A stretch of DNA of 64,000 bases from Octopus vulgaris (lineage: Eukaryota): assembly GCA_951406725.2 (NCBI GenBank), contig OX597824.1, positions 60,760,001-60,824,000 on the forward strand, in the 5' to 3' direction. The stretch's first letter is position 1; every line of letters starts with the position of its first letter. The position numbers were made by a program, and so were the translations under genes. The notes beneath the pieces are model-generated. The model was not told the origin of the DNA. It did no database searches and saw only the letters and a program-made list of their open reading frames with translations. Shown in pieces: positions 13,252-25,838 of this stretch.

Positions 13252-14134
13252 CATAGTATGATCAATAAGTATCCGGTCTGTTGCCATAGTAACAAAGCTA
13301 AAGTATGCAGTGTAAAGCTGCTTCACACAGATTGAACTTGAACTCTGATGTGCATGCGCACTAAGTTTTAGCATTCTAGATCACTTTCGCTGTTTACAGC
13401 GGTGCTCGGAAGAAACGTCTGTAGCGTGTGATCGTCGCGTTGACCATGACAGAGAAAGTTAAGCAGAGAATCTGCATCAAATTTTGCCAAAAGCTTGGCA
13501 ATACCTGCTCAGAGACCTACGCAAAGTTTTCAAAACGTTTTCATCGTTCTCGACACAATCAAAGAGATCTTGTGCAACTGAAACCCGAGTGTCTTCTTGG
13601 TCAGCTGAAAGCAGTTTTGGCACAAACTTGGCAGACACTCGTCTCATATCCAAATCTTTAGTGATAATGGACTGAATCGTAACTAATTTGCGCATTCTCT
13701 GATAACTCACAGATGCTGATTCAACGATTTCCCCTCATAGCTGCACGCACATCTGCGATGTTTTTCTGAGTTCTACTGGTTGCTAATCTCCCAGAACGTT
13801 CGTCAATATCAACATTTATTCAGCCATTGTGGAAACGTCTAAACCACTCGTATACATGTTTGCAGCTCATACACCCGTCTCCATACACTTTCTGCAACTT
13901 TTCGTAGGCCTCTGAGCAGGTGTTGCCGTGACAAATTTCTCTGTCATGGTTAATGCGACGAACACACGCTACATACCTTCCTTCCAAGCACTGTTGTAAA
14001 CACCAGAAGTGAGCTAGAACGTTAAAACTTAGTATGCATGAACATCAAAGTTCAGGGTCAATCTTTGCAAAGCAGCTTCACTCTGCATGTTTTAGCCTCG
14101 TTACAATGTCCAGATACTTATTGATCAGACTTCG
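13252..14134. mobile_element. Non-autonomous mariner derivative with two inverted 5' ends
   Basis: TA flanks and TIR core TGATCAATAAGTA. Minus-strand transposase remnant (TKDLDMRRVSAKFVPKLLSADQ). Plus-strand N-terminus (MTEKVKQRICIKFCQKLG) lies within long inverted arms. Confidence 0.8.
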
Positions 14135-14942
14135 TATTGAACGTGTAACACTATTCTTTATATTTATCAGTAAACACTGAGTAGGTGATTTAATAAGATT
14201 ATATAATTTTCAATAAACAGTTACGTAAACCTGTCGCTTAATTTAGGGAAATGTGCGTATGCTCCATAAAGCATAGAATACAAAATATGTTTTGTATATT
14301 TTGTTAATACTATCATGTAGCTCATATTCCACAATCTAGTGTATTCTGTGACTTGATCCCTCCTGTCTTACCACATTAAATATAAAAGCTGAGTAGAACA
14401 TACCACTGAGCCCGAATTTTTGGATATATAGCGTACTTTACACTGCACACACACACATACATACATACCTATAAATATACGATAGTGGTACAACAATGCA
14501 TCGATATTTACTGGAAATAGCAGTCGATAATATACGACACGAGAGTAAAGCTTCACTGTATATATATATATAAAATGTACGTTATCAAGCGCGCCAAAGT
14601 GAAAACATTTGAAAAATACACCCAAATATAATTTGTAGAACTCTATACATTCTCTATTTCGGTTGAGCGTTCAGTATCTAGTTCTGGAAATTGTGTTTTG
14701 TAAGCGACAGACTGATGATCATGCAGATATTTACGTATTTACATAAGTAAATATTAACAAGTGAAACCATGGTACGTAGGTAATCGTTTTTTATTTCGTA
14801 TATTTTCATTTGTCTTGCTCATTTTAACATATTGGTGTTTTGCTGAGATTTTTCTTGAGAACACACTCTTCGTGGTAATGGCGATTTGACGTCTATGTTT
14901 AGCATATTAGGTGTCCAATTTATTGGTCATTCCTCTTAATTT

Positions 14943-14981
<39 letters not shown>

Positions 14982-15166
14982 TACAAAATTAGAAAATGGA
15001 GAAACATACTTAAATCAATAAAACATCAACTATCAGATGATACCCAATCAATACTTTATTACACCATTACATATCCGTAAAGGCATTATACAAAATATAC
15101 AGTAAAAGTAAATAGACAAAGAGATATAAGTATAAAATTTCAAATATAATATGTAATTAAATCAAA

Positions 15167-15276
15167 TCTGACAGCTGTTTCGGCAGTGAGGGCAGTCATA
15201 CCTCATTTAACCTATAAGCCATAAAGGCAGGTATAAATGAGGCATTAACAAGGATGCCCCACGGCCTCTTCAGAGA
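15167..15276 (-). ncRNA. Mirror-image hammerhead ribozyme in the left palindrome arm (sense in the CAP pre-mRNA)
   Basis: Reverse complement of 17049-17158. Confidence 0.8.
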
Positions 15277-15615
15277 ATTAAATTTGTTATAATTGTGAAA
15301 AAGATTATTTAACCATATACATATAAATATAAAAATATAAAAATGTAAAATATAAAAACTTATACATAAACTTCATAACGCTACACTTATATAATATAAT
15401 ACTCATTGGTACAATAATGCAAGGTAAACAGAACAAAATAAAACAAAATATATATCAGTGTATATATTAATATTAATAAGCACCGTTATTATACATATTT
15501 GGCTAATAGTTTTTTAAAAAAACTAACACATAGGGAGATGAAAAATAATAATTAAAACCATGGTTCAGTTCATAAAATTATAAAGCTATAAAAGTCAATA
15601 AAAATTACTATTAAT

Positions 15616-15661
<46 letters not shown>

Positions 15662-16661
15662 GATACAGTTATGTTTGCACCAAGTCCATCCTTTCAAGAT
15701 CGAAATAACTATGAGTTTAGAAATACTGACCACTAGGTAATGATAATTTAGATTAATTCGATTGGCTAGTGGTTTGAAATTTAAATCACAAAAGAAATTA
15801 TACGGTTGGTTAGTCAAGGAACGCCAATATTCACACGCGCATCCACAGATCAATCGCACATACACACATAATTATATGTATACACATACACTTATACACA
15901 TACATAACCACAAGCAACAACTAGCACATAGATAAACAAAAAGGGAAGCAACTATGCTGCCATTTAGTCCTTCAAAATTATAAATATGTCTCAAATAAAA
16001 AAAATGATCCACTCATGCATTTCATAAAATATTTAATTTAAAGATAGAAATATATTTTTAAATATCAGTATGTTACGAAGTCAGATACTATTTCATTGGG
16101 TAACTTAAAATTTATAACACCGGATTGTTGCATAGTAAACATACGGTTGTTAGATTTACCGTAAGTTTGTTACTTACGGTAAATCTAACAACCGTATGTT
16201 TACTATGCAACAATCCGGTGTTATAAATTTTAAGTTACCCAATGAAATAGTATCTGACTTCGTAACATACTGATATTTAAAAATATATTTCTATCTTTAA
16301 ATTAAATATTTTATGAAATGCATGAGTGGATCATTTTTTTATTTGAGGCATAGTTATAATTTTGAAGGACTAAATGGCAGCATAGTTGCTTCCCTTTTGT
16401 TTATCTATGTGCTAGTTGTTTGTATATGGTTATGTATGTGTATACATATAATTATGTGTGTATGTGCGATTGATCTGTGGATGCGCGTGTGAATATTGGC
16501 GTTCCTTGACTAACCAACCGTATAATTTCTTTTGTGATTTAAATTTCAAACCACTAGCCAATCGAATTAATCTAAATTATCATTACCTAGTGGTCAGTAT
16601 TTCTAAACTCATAGTTATTTCGATCTTGAAAGGATGGACTTGGTGCAAACATAACTGTATC

Positions 16662-16710
<49 letters not shown>

Positions 16711-17048
16711 ATTAATAGTAATTTTTATTGACTTTTATAGCTTTATAATTTTATGAACTGAACCATGGTTTTAATTATTATTTTTCATCTCCCTATGTGT
16801 TAGTTTTTTTAAAAACTATTAGCCAAATATGTATAATAACGGTGCTTATTAATATTAATATATACACTGATATATATTTTGTTTTATTTTGTTCTGTTTA
16901 CCTTGCATTATTGTACCAATGAGTATTATATTATATAAGTGTAGCGTTATGAAGTTTATGTATAAGTTTTTATATTTTACATTTTTATATTTTTATATTT
17001 ATATGTATATGGTTAAATAATCTTTTTCACAATTATAACAAATTTAAT

Positions 17049-17158
17049 TCTCTGAAGAGGCCGTGGGGCATCCTTGTTAATGCCTCATTTATACCTGCCT
17101 TTATGGCTTATAGGTTAAATGAGGTATGACTGCCCTCACTGCCGAAACAGCTGTCAGA
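17049..17158 (+). ncRNA. Type I hammerhead ribozyme with long stem II (PLE-type); predicted cleavage after GUC at 17155
   Basis: TCT-CTGAAGA-GGCcGTGGGGCA...TGCCCTCACtGCC-GAAA-CAGCTG-TC-AGA. Intact core, G10.1-C11.1 pair, palindromic stem III ACAGCTGT. Confidence 0.8.
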
Positions 17159-17511
17159 TTTGATTTAATTACATATTATATTTGAAATTTTATACTTATA
17201 TCTCTTTGTCTATTTACTTTTACTGTATATTTTGTATAATGCCTTTACGGATATGTAATGGTGTAATAAAGTATTGATTGGGTATCATCTGATAGTTGAT
17301 GTTTTATTGATCTAAGTATGTTTCTCCATTTTCTAATTTTGTAGTATTAATTTACGGTAATATTATTACCTTTACCCATATAATACAATAGATGAACTGA
17401 TTGTTTGGCAATTTTTAACATCTATGTATTAGTCTTGTTGGGTACCTATCTAGCAGTATATTGGATATATATTATCCCATGGTGGGTTGAATTTTCAACC
17501 CCTATCTCATT

Positions 17512-17563
<52 letters not shown>

Positions 17564-17564
<1 letters not shown>

Positions 17565-17936
17565 TGGCAAAAATGTTTGCGGGCGACGAACATAAAAAAT
17601 TTCATCTTATCTGTAAGAACAACAGTAAATAAATGTACAACTCAGATATGGACAATCTAGGACCTAGGTTTCAAACTTTTGATAATGTAAATTTGATTAG
17701 TTCTCTTCGGCTAGATTCACATAGACAAAATTTCAAATGTTGCTACCTCAATGCCGATATTACTCGTCTGAACGCCTAGCCGAAGAGATCTAATCAAATT
17801 TACATTATCAAACGTAATTTGGAAAGTTCGAAACCTAGGTCCTAGATTATCCACATCTGGGTTGTACATTTATTTAATATTGTTCTTACAGGTAAGATGA
17901 AATTTTTATATTGCCACTCGCAAACATTTTTGCCAG
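17564..17936. mobile_element. MITE/fold-back element with about 150-bp imperfect TIRs, inserted in (TA)n
   Basis: CTGGCAAAAATGTTTGCG...CGCAAACATTTTTGCCAG. The arms pair inward to ...CTTCGGCTAG / CTAGCCGAAG.... TA on both flanks. Confidence 0.75.
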
Positions 17937-17969
<33 letters not shown>

Positions 17970-18612
17970 CAGTCAAAAAGTCTTGGCTATTCCTTCTATT
18001 TCTAAATTCGGTGTGTGGTGAGGCAAATCGTTGCTGAACCCTAATTATTTAGTATTACTTAAACTTACCATGAATTGGTCTTTTACATGCCGAATTCTAC
18101 TTGGTGAAATTACTGACTACTTCTTAATTAATTAATTTCACCCTTTGTCATATATATATATATATATAATGTACAGTGAAGCTTTACTATAGCGTCGTAT
18201 ATTATCGACTGCGATTTCCAGTAAATATTGGTGCATTGTTGTACCACTATCTTTGATTTATACTTTAACCTGTTGGTGCTTTGTTTTCAATACTGCCATA
18301 CTGCACTATTTGATAATTTCTTTCTTTTCATACACACATACATACATACATACATACATACACACACACATACATATATATATTATAGGTATATATGAGT
18401 GTATGTGTGCATGCGTGTATGTAAGTGTATATATCTGTGTATAAGTGTATATGTATGTGTGCGTGTGTGTGTAGATAGATAGATAGATTAACGATACATG
18501 TGGAAACAAATGAGTTTCCTCAAGCCATTTTCACAATCTAAATTTCTACATTCTTGTTATTTTCACAATACATTAAAGAACATTAACATACAAAAGTTAA
18601 TATGTTTCTTAC

Positions 18613-18703
18613 CAGGTATTATTCTCCGGAATGCTGGTTCATGCTCAAAATAGCAATTGTCGGCCCATTTCTGAGCTACATATTCTAAGTCTTCATCCCA
18701 AGA
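18613..18703 (-). CDS. CAP/CRISP gene exon: SWDEDLEYVAQKWADNCYFEHEPAFRRIIPG
   Basis: Acceptor atttcAG and donor GTaaga. 91 nt, phase 0-1. Matches the CAP pattern WDxxLxxxAQxWAxxCxFxH. Confidence 0.93.
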
Positions 18704-19249
18704 CTGAAATTATGGACAGTAAAGATAGCATTTTAATGATGACATTTGCTAGAAATCTAGAATAATTTTGCCAAATCCACCATTTTAGTTTTACTGCTTT
18801 CACCGATGAAATTATAAGTGAAATTATATTGTGAATTCTCTTCCTTTGAGTTCGTCTTATTTTTTTAGTGTGCAGGTACAATAGATAACATACTGTATTA
18901 CACATAAAATAACACATTTAACACATGCGCAATTATAAATACAATAACAATACATAAATGTGACTGCTGCAATTTCAGGATCAAGTTCAGTAATTTTAAA
19001 TGGAAAGGGAGCGTTAAGCACATAGATCCTAATACTCAAAGATCCTAATACTTGAGTGACACATACTTTGATTGACCTTGAAGGGGAGAAAAACAAGGTC
19101 AACTTTTATTGGATATAATTACAGAATTTAACTAAATATTGCAAAGCATTTTGTGCAACACTTAAATGATTTTGTCAGTTGTTTGATTGGCACCAGCTTT
19201 TGATAGTAAAATGAAAATTTCAAAAATAAATACATACAGTTTTTGAGTT

Positions 19250-19805
19250 TTTGGTGCAGTTGCAAACATATAGTTTTTGGTGCAGTTGCAACAACAGCAA
19301 CAGCATCAACAACGATGACTACAACAGCAACAATATCAACTACAAGAGCAACAACAACAAAACCAACAGTTGCTGGAATTAATGTTGAAGAAGTCAGAAT
19401 ATACTCCAGGTTCATACTCGCCAGACAGCGTAGAAGATTCAGTTGAAGAATTCAGTTATAATTCAGAAGAAGGGATTACCTTCTCTGCCTATTTTCGAAG
19501 ATACGAAGAAATTTTCAAAGAAGAATGTAAGAATTAGTCTGACAAGAAAAATGTACGACTACTTTTAAGACAGTTATCCCCTGCTGAACACGAAAAATAT
19601 AGTAATTATACCCTACTGAGATTTGTTTCGATGAAACAATTAATTTTTGTTGAAAATTTTATGTGAAACAAGTCCCCTGTTCAGTACTCGCTGGCAATGT
19701 TTAAATTTGGTCAAAAAAATTATGAAGATTTCGTCACCTATGCTGGGGTTGTTAGTAGAGAGTGTGAAAAATTTAAATTTAATCAATTAACACCGGACAT
19801 GCTCG
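19250..19805 (+). mobile_element. Gypsy gag fragment, related to the element at 53167-56218
   Basis: EEGITFSAYFRRYEEIFKEEC...LFSTRWQCLNLVK...RECEKFKFNQLTPDML. Confidence 0.7.
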
Positions 19806-19984
19806 CAACCATTGATGTTAAATCCGGGACTGGTTTGTAAATTTACGCCGTTTTCCTGGATTTGGTTTTATAAAAAAAAAATCCCAAAACAATATAAGGG
19901 TTAATTATTTTATTCTAGCCATACTTGTGATTTATTCTACGTGAAAGCAGTGCTCGTCACCTTTTGCTAATTTATACGTGTTGC

Positions 19985-22900
19985 ATTCCTTGGCCGGCAT
20001 GAAGCACGCTGCCAATGTTCAGTAGTGATGTAAGAGTTTGGTTCGCACAAATGGAAGTGCATTTCGTCGCAAACAACATTACGTCGGAGTAGCAATAGTT
20101 ATACATCTTGTCAAGCGCCATTCAGGCTCCCCTAGCAGCCAATTTGAAGGATTTCATCACAGACCCACATCACAATACTTCCTATTATTCCATAAAGAAC
20201 AAGGTTCTCAGTCAGACGTGGAGAAACGTTTTCGCACCTTAGTAAATGAGAAGCGCTTGGGCGATAGAATGCTGACCCAACTTCTTTGCCGGATGTGGGA
20301 GCTAACGGAGGGCGCATCTGCGGACATTATTATTAAACAGCTTTACCATCATACGTGCAGGCCATCCTTGCTCCCATGATGGAGGTCAGTATTGTGGACC
20401 AATTGACTTCCACAACTGATAAGATATTGGATTATGCTGGTCAAAGTGATGTTACTATACCGGCCCGGCTACCTGCAGCAGTTTCTTCTTCTTCGTCTTT
20501 AGTAGCATCTGTCTCATCGGAGCATGATTCGACACAAGCGGCAACCCTACAGGCCATTCCGCACGGAATTCTTCTCCACGCCTGAGGTCATTTAATCGTT
20601 CATCTCCCAGATGACGTTCTTTCTCTCCTGATTTTTAATTGACACACCGCTAGTACCATAGACGTTTTGATGTTGCTGCCCAGAAATGTACTGTGTTCTT
20701 ACTCGAAGCAGGGAAATTCCACAGTGGGACACTGAGCAGAGAGCTGATCCCAGTTCGCGCCTGCATAATCGAACATTGTTCGTTGAGGACTTATTGTTGC
20801 ACAAACATTTTCTTATTTATTCTGGTGCTGCCTGCAGTATTTGACCAGTGAAATTCATCAAATATAGCCCTTCTATCTCTCCGATTACCCTGCAAGCTGT
20901 GAGCCACTCACCAATACCAACACATGGCCAAATCTCTTTTTCATTGGATTTAGCTCTGCGAAGAGATTTCAAATGGATTTTCATCAAGGTCGACTTGCCT
21001 TACCCAATCCTCGGTGCGGATTTTCTCCACCACCACTCTATCATGGTTGATGTGCGTAAACAACAGTTATTGGACAACAATTCAGACTTTGCTATCTTTG
21101 GCTGAATTTCAAGCACTTCTTCGGTCAGCCCAGTATTCTTTATCTCAGCGACTGGAAACCAATACCAATCGATGTTAGACTTTCCCCGGAGCTCACTAAC
21201 CTGAAATTCCAAGTGAATAATCCTGATCACTCAACGGAACATTTTATCTCAAAGAATGGTGCTCTAGTGTTTTCGTCCTTGTCGTTTGCCTCCGGGAAGG
21301 ATATAGGCAGCGAAAGCTGAATTCAGTCACATGCTACAGCTCGGAATTATCTGCCCTTCCACTAGTCAGTGAGCCAAGCCGCTTCACATGGCCCCAAGAA
21401 CTCTGACGATTTACGTCCTACGAGGGATTTTAAGCGTCTCAATGCTATCACTATTCCTGATAGGTATCAATTCCTCACCTTCAAGATTTCGCTTCATCAC
21501 TGCATAGCTATACTAAGTTTTCCAAGCTCGATCTCATTAGGGTTACCACCATTAATCCCTGTCTACCCTGAAGACATTCCGAAGGTGGCAGTAACAACTC
21601 CATTTAGCTCTTTCGAATCCTTGACTAGGCCATTTGACCTTTGAAATATTGCCAGCACTTTTCAGTGGTTCATAGATGAAATCATTCGTGGATTGGATTT
21701 CGTTTATGCCTATATCGATGATCTTCTGATTGCCAATTCTTCAACGGAAAAAGTGCTCTTCATTTAAGATTACTTTTCTAGCGACTTACCCAATATAAAG
21801 AGCAGATTAACCTGGCTAAATGTGTTTTGGTACATCGTCCCTTGTGTTTCTTGGTCACATCACAGACAAAGACGGCATTCGATCTCTACCAGGCAAAGTG
21901 CGAGATATTGAGGACATTCTTCCACCGACGTCCTTTCGTCAGTTATGCCACTTTCATGGCTTACTTAATTTCTGTTGTTGTTTTATTCCTCACTGTGCTG
22001 GACCCCTGTATCGACTCACCGAACTTCTCAAAAACCGACGGAAGAAGAATGAGACCATTTCGCTGACTCCTACTCAAACTTTTGAAAGCAGCTCTCATTG
22101 CACATCCTGTCTCCGATGCAAAGCTTTCGCTTGTGGTTGACACTGCAATTAGTGCTGCTTTACAGCAATTTTATCAGCAACACTTGCAACTTCTTGCTTT
22201 TTCTATCAGCAGCTGAAACCTGCTGAAACACACTACAGCGCGTCCAGTCCCAAACTGTTGTCGACATACCTGTCAGTGAAGCATTTTTAACACATCCTTG
22301 AAGGAAGGAGCTTCACTATATATACTGACCATAAACCTCTCACTTTTGCCTTGCGGTCTAAGCCGGAAAAGTACTCACCAAGAGAAACTCGACACCTGGA
22401 CTTTATATCACAGTTCACCAGTGATATTTAACACATCTTCGGTATTCAAAACACTACTGCAGATGCACTGTCCCGTCTACCAATCAATTCAGTAGCATCC
22501 ACTGTGGATATTGATCTGAATGTTTTTTCCTCAGAGCAGTCTCCTCTGGACTCACCCAAGATATCTTCTGAGTGTACGATGTGAAAATTCCAGTACTTGT
22601 CTGTACCAACTTCCGACAAGATGATACTATGTGACGTATTGACAGGTTCACATCGTTCCTTCATTCCAAATACCCATAAACGAGCTGTGTTTGAAGGCCT
22701 GCATAATTTGCCATATCCTGGAGCCTCAGCCTCAATGAAGCTCATTACGGCTAGATTCTTCTGGCCAAACATGAGACATGACATCACTGATTATTCTCGA
22801 TCTTGCTTCCACTGTCAAGGGTCGAAGGTGCATAAAGACATTCATGCACCCTCAGTACCTTCAGCACACTAGAAGCATGCTTCCGCCACATTCACATTGA

Positions 22901-24156
22901 TCTTGCTGGACCCTGGCACGTCAGTCAAGGATATACTTACATTCTACTGGCATCGATCGTTTCACTCGTTGGCCTGAAGCCATTCCTCTAATTGATATTT
23001 CTGCTGACTCTGTAGCGCGAGCGCTGGTATCAGGCTGGATGTCGCGTTACAGTGTCCATACTACCATCACTACAGATCGTGGTAGACAGTTTTAGTCCCG
23101 CTTCTTCTCAGAATTTAATAAGATCATTGGTGCTCAACGGATACATACAAATTACCATCCTGCATCCAACGGAATGGTGGAGCGTTTCCATCGACAGTTG
23201 AAAGCTGCGTTTCGTGCTTACTCTGATAATCAACGCTGCATCGAGTACCTCCCCACAGTACTCCTCGGCATTTGAACTAGGTTCAAGGAGGACTTCGGAT
23301 ACTCTCCAGCAGAGCTGCTGTACGGTGTTCCAATGTCTTTACCGGGACAGATGCTTGCTCCCATAGATCTTTTGGCTCAGGATCTTGCTCTTTGTGTTAA
23401 CCGCCTTCGTTCTTACCTTCAAGACCTGCCAATGACGAACACATGGCGCCAAACTGTGAAACCTGAGGAATATGGCCACGTGGGACCAAGTTTTCGTTAG
23501 AAACGACGCCCTAAGTCCTCTCACTTAACCTTACTCAGGACCTTATCGTGTTCTTTCTCGTTCTAATAAACATTTCACCATTGACTATAATGGTTCTAGA
23601 GACACTATATTGATAGACTTAGAAGGGCCCATACAGATGTTCATACCCCGGAGCCTCATATACTCCCCACACACCACTCCACACACGTCTCCTCCACCTC
23701 CACCAATACGGAATGACAACTCGTAATGGTCGTCGTGTCCATTGACTCAAGAGACTTTGTAAAACTATTTATATATGCCTGTCCTTGTCTCATTTTTGCA
23801 TGCTTGCATTTTTATTAATGTATTCAATTTTTCTTTTCCCATGGTTTGAACATTTCGTTTTGCATCTTTTCTTCTCTTTCTTTCTTACTGTTCTCTATAT
23901 CTACTTGTAATCTGAACACGGGGTCCTGTAGTGAATCAGGAAAGCTCTATTTTGCTGTTGCGGTATAGTACAGTAGTTCTATGGCATGCTCCAGCCAGTC
24001 AGGGCTGGACGCATAGGAATACAAATGGCAGTGATCTGTTTATGCAGAGAAGTGTGTGTGTTTTTTAACTAATTGTCAAAAATACAGCATAGCAGTAGCA
24101 GCTCTCCTTTTTACATGAAAAGATTTTTGTGTGTTCACCACCAACTTCGTGCAACA
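19985..24156 (+). mobile_element. Decayed Ty3/Gypsy LTR retrotransposon (gag-PR-RT-RNaseH-IN) with probable 3' LTR at about 23927-24156
   Basis: PILGADFL (protease), DFKRLNAITIPDRY and YAYIDDLLIA (RT), FTIYTDHKPL (RNase H), [10 protein letters not shown] and HPASNGMVERFHRQLK (integrase). Many frameshifts and stops. Confidence 0.9.
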
Positions 24157-24304
24157 CACTTGAAATTATATCTGCTCTCGATTTGTCACCTCCTGAACAA
24201 CCTAATTCATTTACATTATTTTAATTATTTACATTTGACGGATATTTGTCAGGAATTCTGCAGAAAACTTCGCATCACTGAAGAACTGCTGGATAAAGAA
24301 AATA

Positions 24305-25278
24305 ATGATCAATCGATACTTAACAATAAAAGTAACTACTATCCAACAAAACTTTTGTGATTTGGTTTCCAATTATCCCTACAATTTACTCCCACCTCGA
24401 AAATTTAAAACAAATACAAGTCAAGAAGAATGGGAGATCATTATTAAGCTCAAGGAGGATGACGACATAATTATAAAAGAAACCGATAAAGGGAGTGTTG
24501 TAGTAATCATGGACTCAGAAAAATTCATAAACACTACCCTAATCTTCCTTCATGACAATACCTACTAAGAAAAAATCAACAACTGCAATCAATCCAAGAT
24601 AATGACTGAACTTTTTACCCTTATCCACCAGTTCCAACAAGGTTTAACGGAAAAGGAGAGAGATTGCTTGACTAGATTTGACTGCAAAACCAGCAGCTTT
24701 TATGGACTTCTCAAAATCCACAAAAGTGAGGCCGTAAATGAAGCCTGTAACAAATCAACTTCTGTAATCATAAATATCTCTCATTCAAGAGGTCTCAAAA
24801 TGAGACCAATTGTGGCCGGTCCCTTGAGTGAGACACACAGACTTTATTGACCTCCCCACTAAACCTTTTCTCTAACATATACCGATGATCTGGGATGATC
24901 TGAACTTTTCAAACCATATCCCAAACAAAACCAGCAAGGACTCCTTTCTGGTTTCATTCGATGTAATAAATCTCTTCACCTCGATTCCTCACGAATACGG
25001 AATAATAGCCATACAATACTGGCTGGAAAAATTCCCAAATGACATTCCTGACCGAATCAGAAGAGAATTCATCATTGAAGGAATAAAATTCGTCGTACAG
25101 AAAAACATTTTCAACTTCAACGAGAACACTTATAGACAAAAATCGAGCACAATGATGGGAACGAGGGTAGACCCTACTTTTGTCAACCTTGTCATGGCAT
25201 GATTGGAAGTCCAAATATACAAATATGCTGGACTGAAATTTGGAGACAACTTCCAAAAATACTTACTCACCAGCTGGA
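24305..25278 (+). mobile_element. Penelope-like element reverse transcriptase fragment
   Basis: IIIKETDKGSVVVIMD, FYGLLKIHK, MRPIV, LVSFDVINLFTSIP and MGTRVDPTFVNLVM are PLE RT motifs. Interrupted by stops. Confidence 0.88.
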
Positions 25279-25746
25279 TATATATATGTATATGCATATA
25301 TATATTCACACACACATACACAAATATATATGTATGTATATGCATGTGTGTGTGTGTTTGTGTGTGTATATGTTTCATACACACACATGAAGACACATGC
25401 ACGCTTTGTCTCACTTGACTGACTTACCAGTGTTCCTCATCAAACTGAACAGATTATTTACATCTTCATTGTATTTAAAGGGATCTATGCAGGAACACCA
25501 TCATAAAGGAACACAGATTATTATAAGTTTACTCTGCACATATTCCTGTATACGCAAATACTGAAGATATTAATGACATATTTGGCCATCTTGGAAGTGA
25601 ATTACCATAATTTATCCTCAGTTACCAACCGTTGTTAATTTTACATATATAATTCAAATGCAAAAAAAACTGTTAATTATTTACTCAGATATTTACTATG
25701 TTAGTTCAAAATTTGAAGATTGTATAATGATTTTAAGTTCCCTTAC

Positions 25747-25838
25747 TAATTTCAACATGTCACAGGCTGCTGGATTGACATCTTTCCGAAACAGATTATG
25801 CAAGTCCAGAATAATTTTTCTATCTTCATCTGTTAAAC
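25747..25838 (-). CDS. CAP/CRISP gene exon: (G)LTDEDRKIILDLHNLFRKDVNPAACDMLKL (CAP3 HNxxR)
   Basis: Acceptor ttctattgattAG and donor GTaagg. 92 nt, phase 1-0. Contains HNxxR...VxPxAxxM. Confidence 0.93.

Larger units (their letters stand above)
14981..17344. repeat. Near-perfect 2.36 kb palindrome: arms 14981-16166 and 16172-17344, spacer TTGTT; probably a PLE-derived fold-back
   Basis: The arms are reverse complements with a few substitutions and indels. Mirrored ORFs at 15617-15865(-) and 16458-16709(+). One hammerhead motif per arm. Embedded in (TA)n. Confidence 0.95.

Noticed and set aside
15617-16709. Two near-identical ORFs (MYVRLICG...YYYY) on opposite strands
   Set aside because: They are mirror images created by the palindrome and end in a (TAT)n microsatellite.
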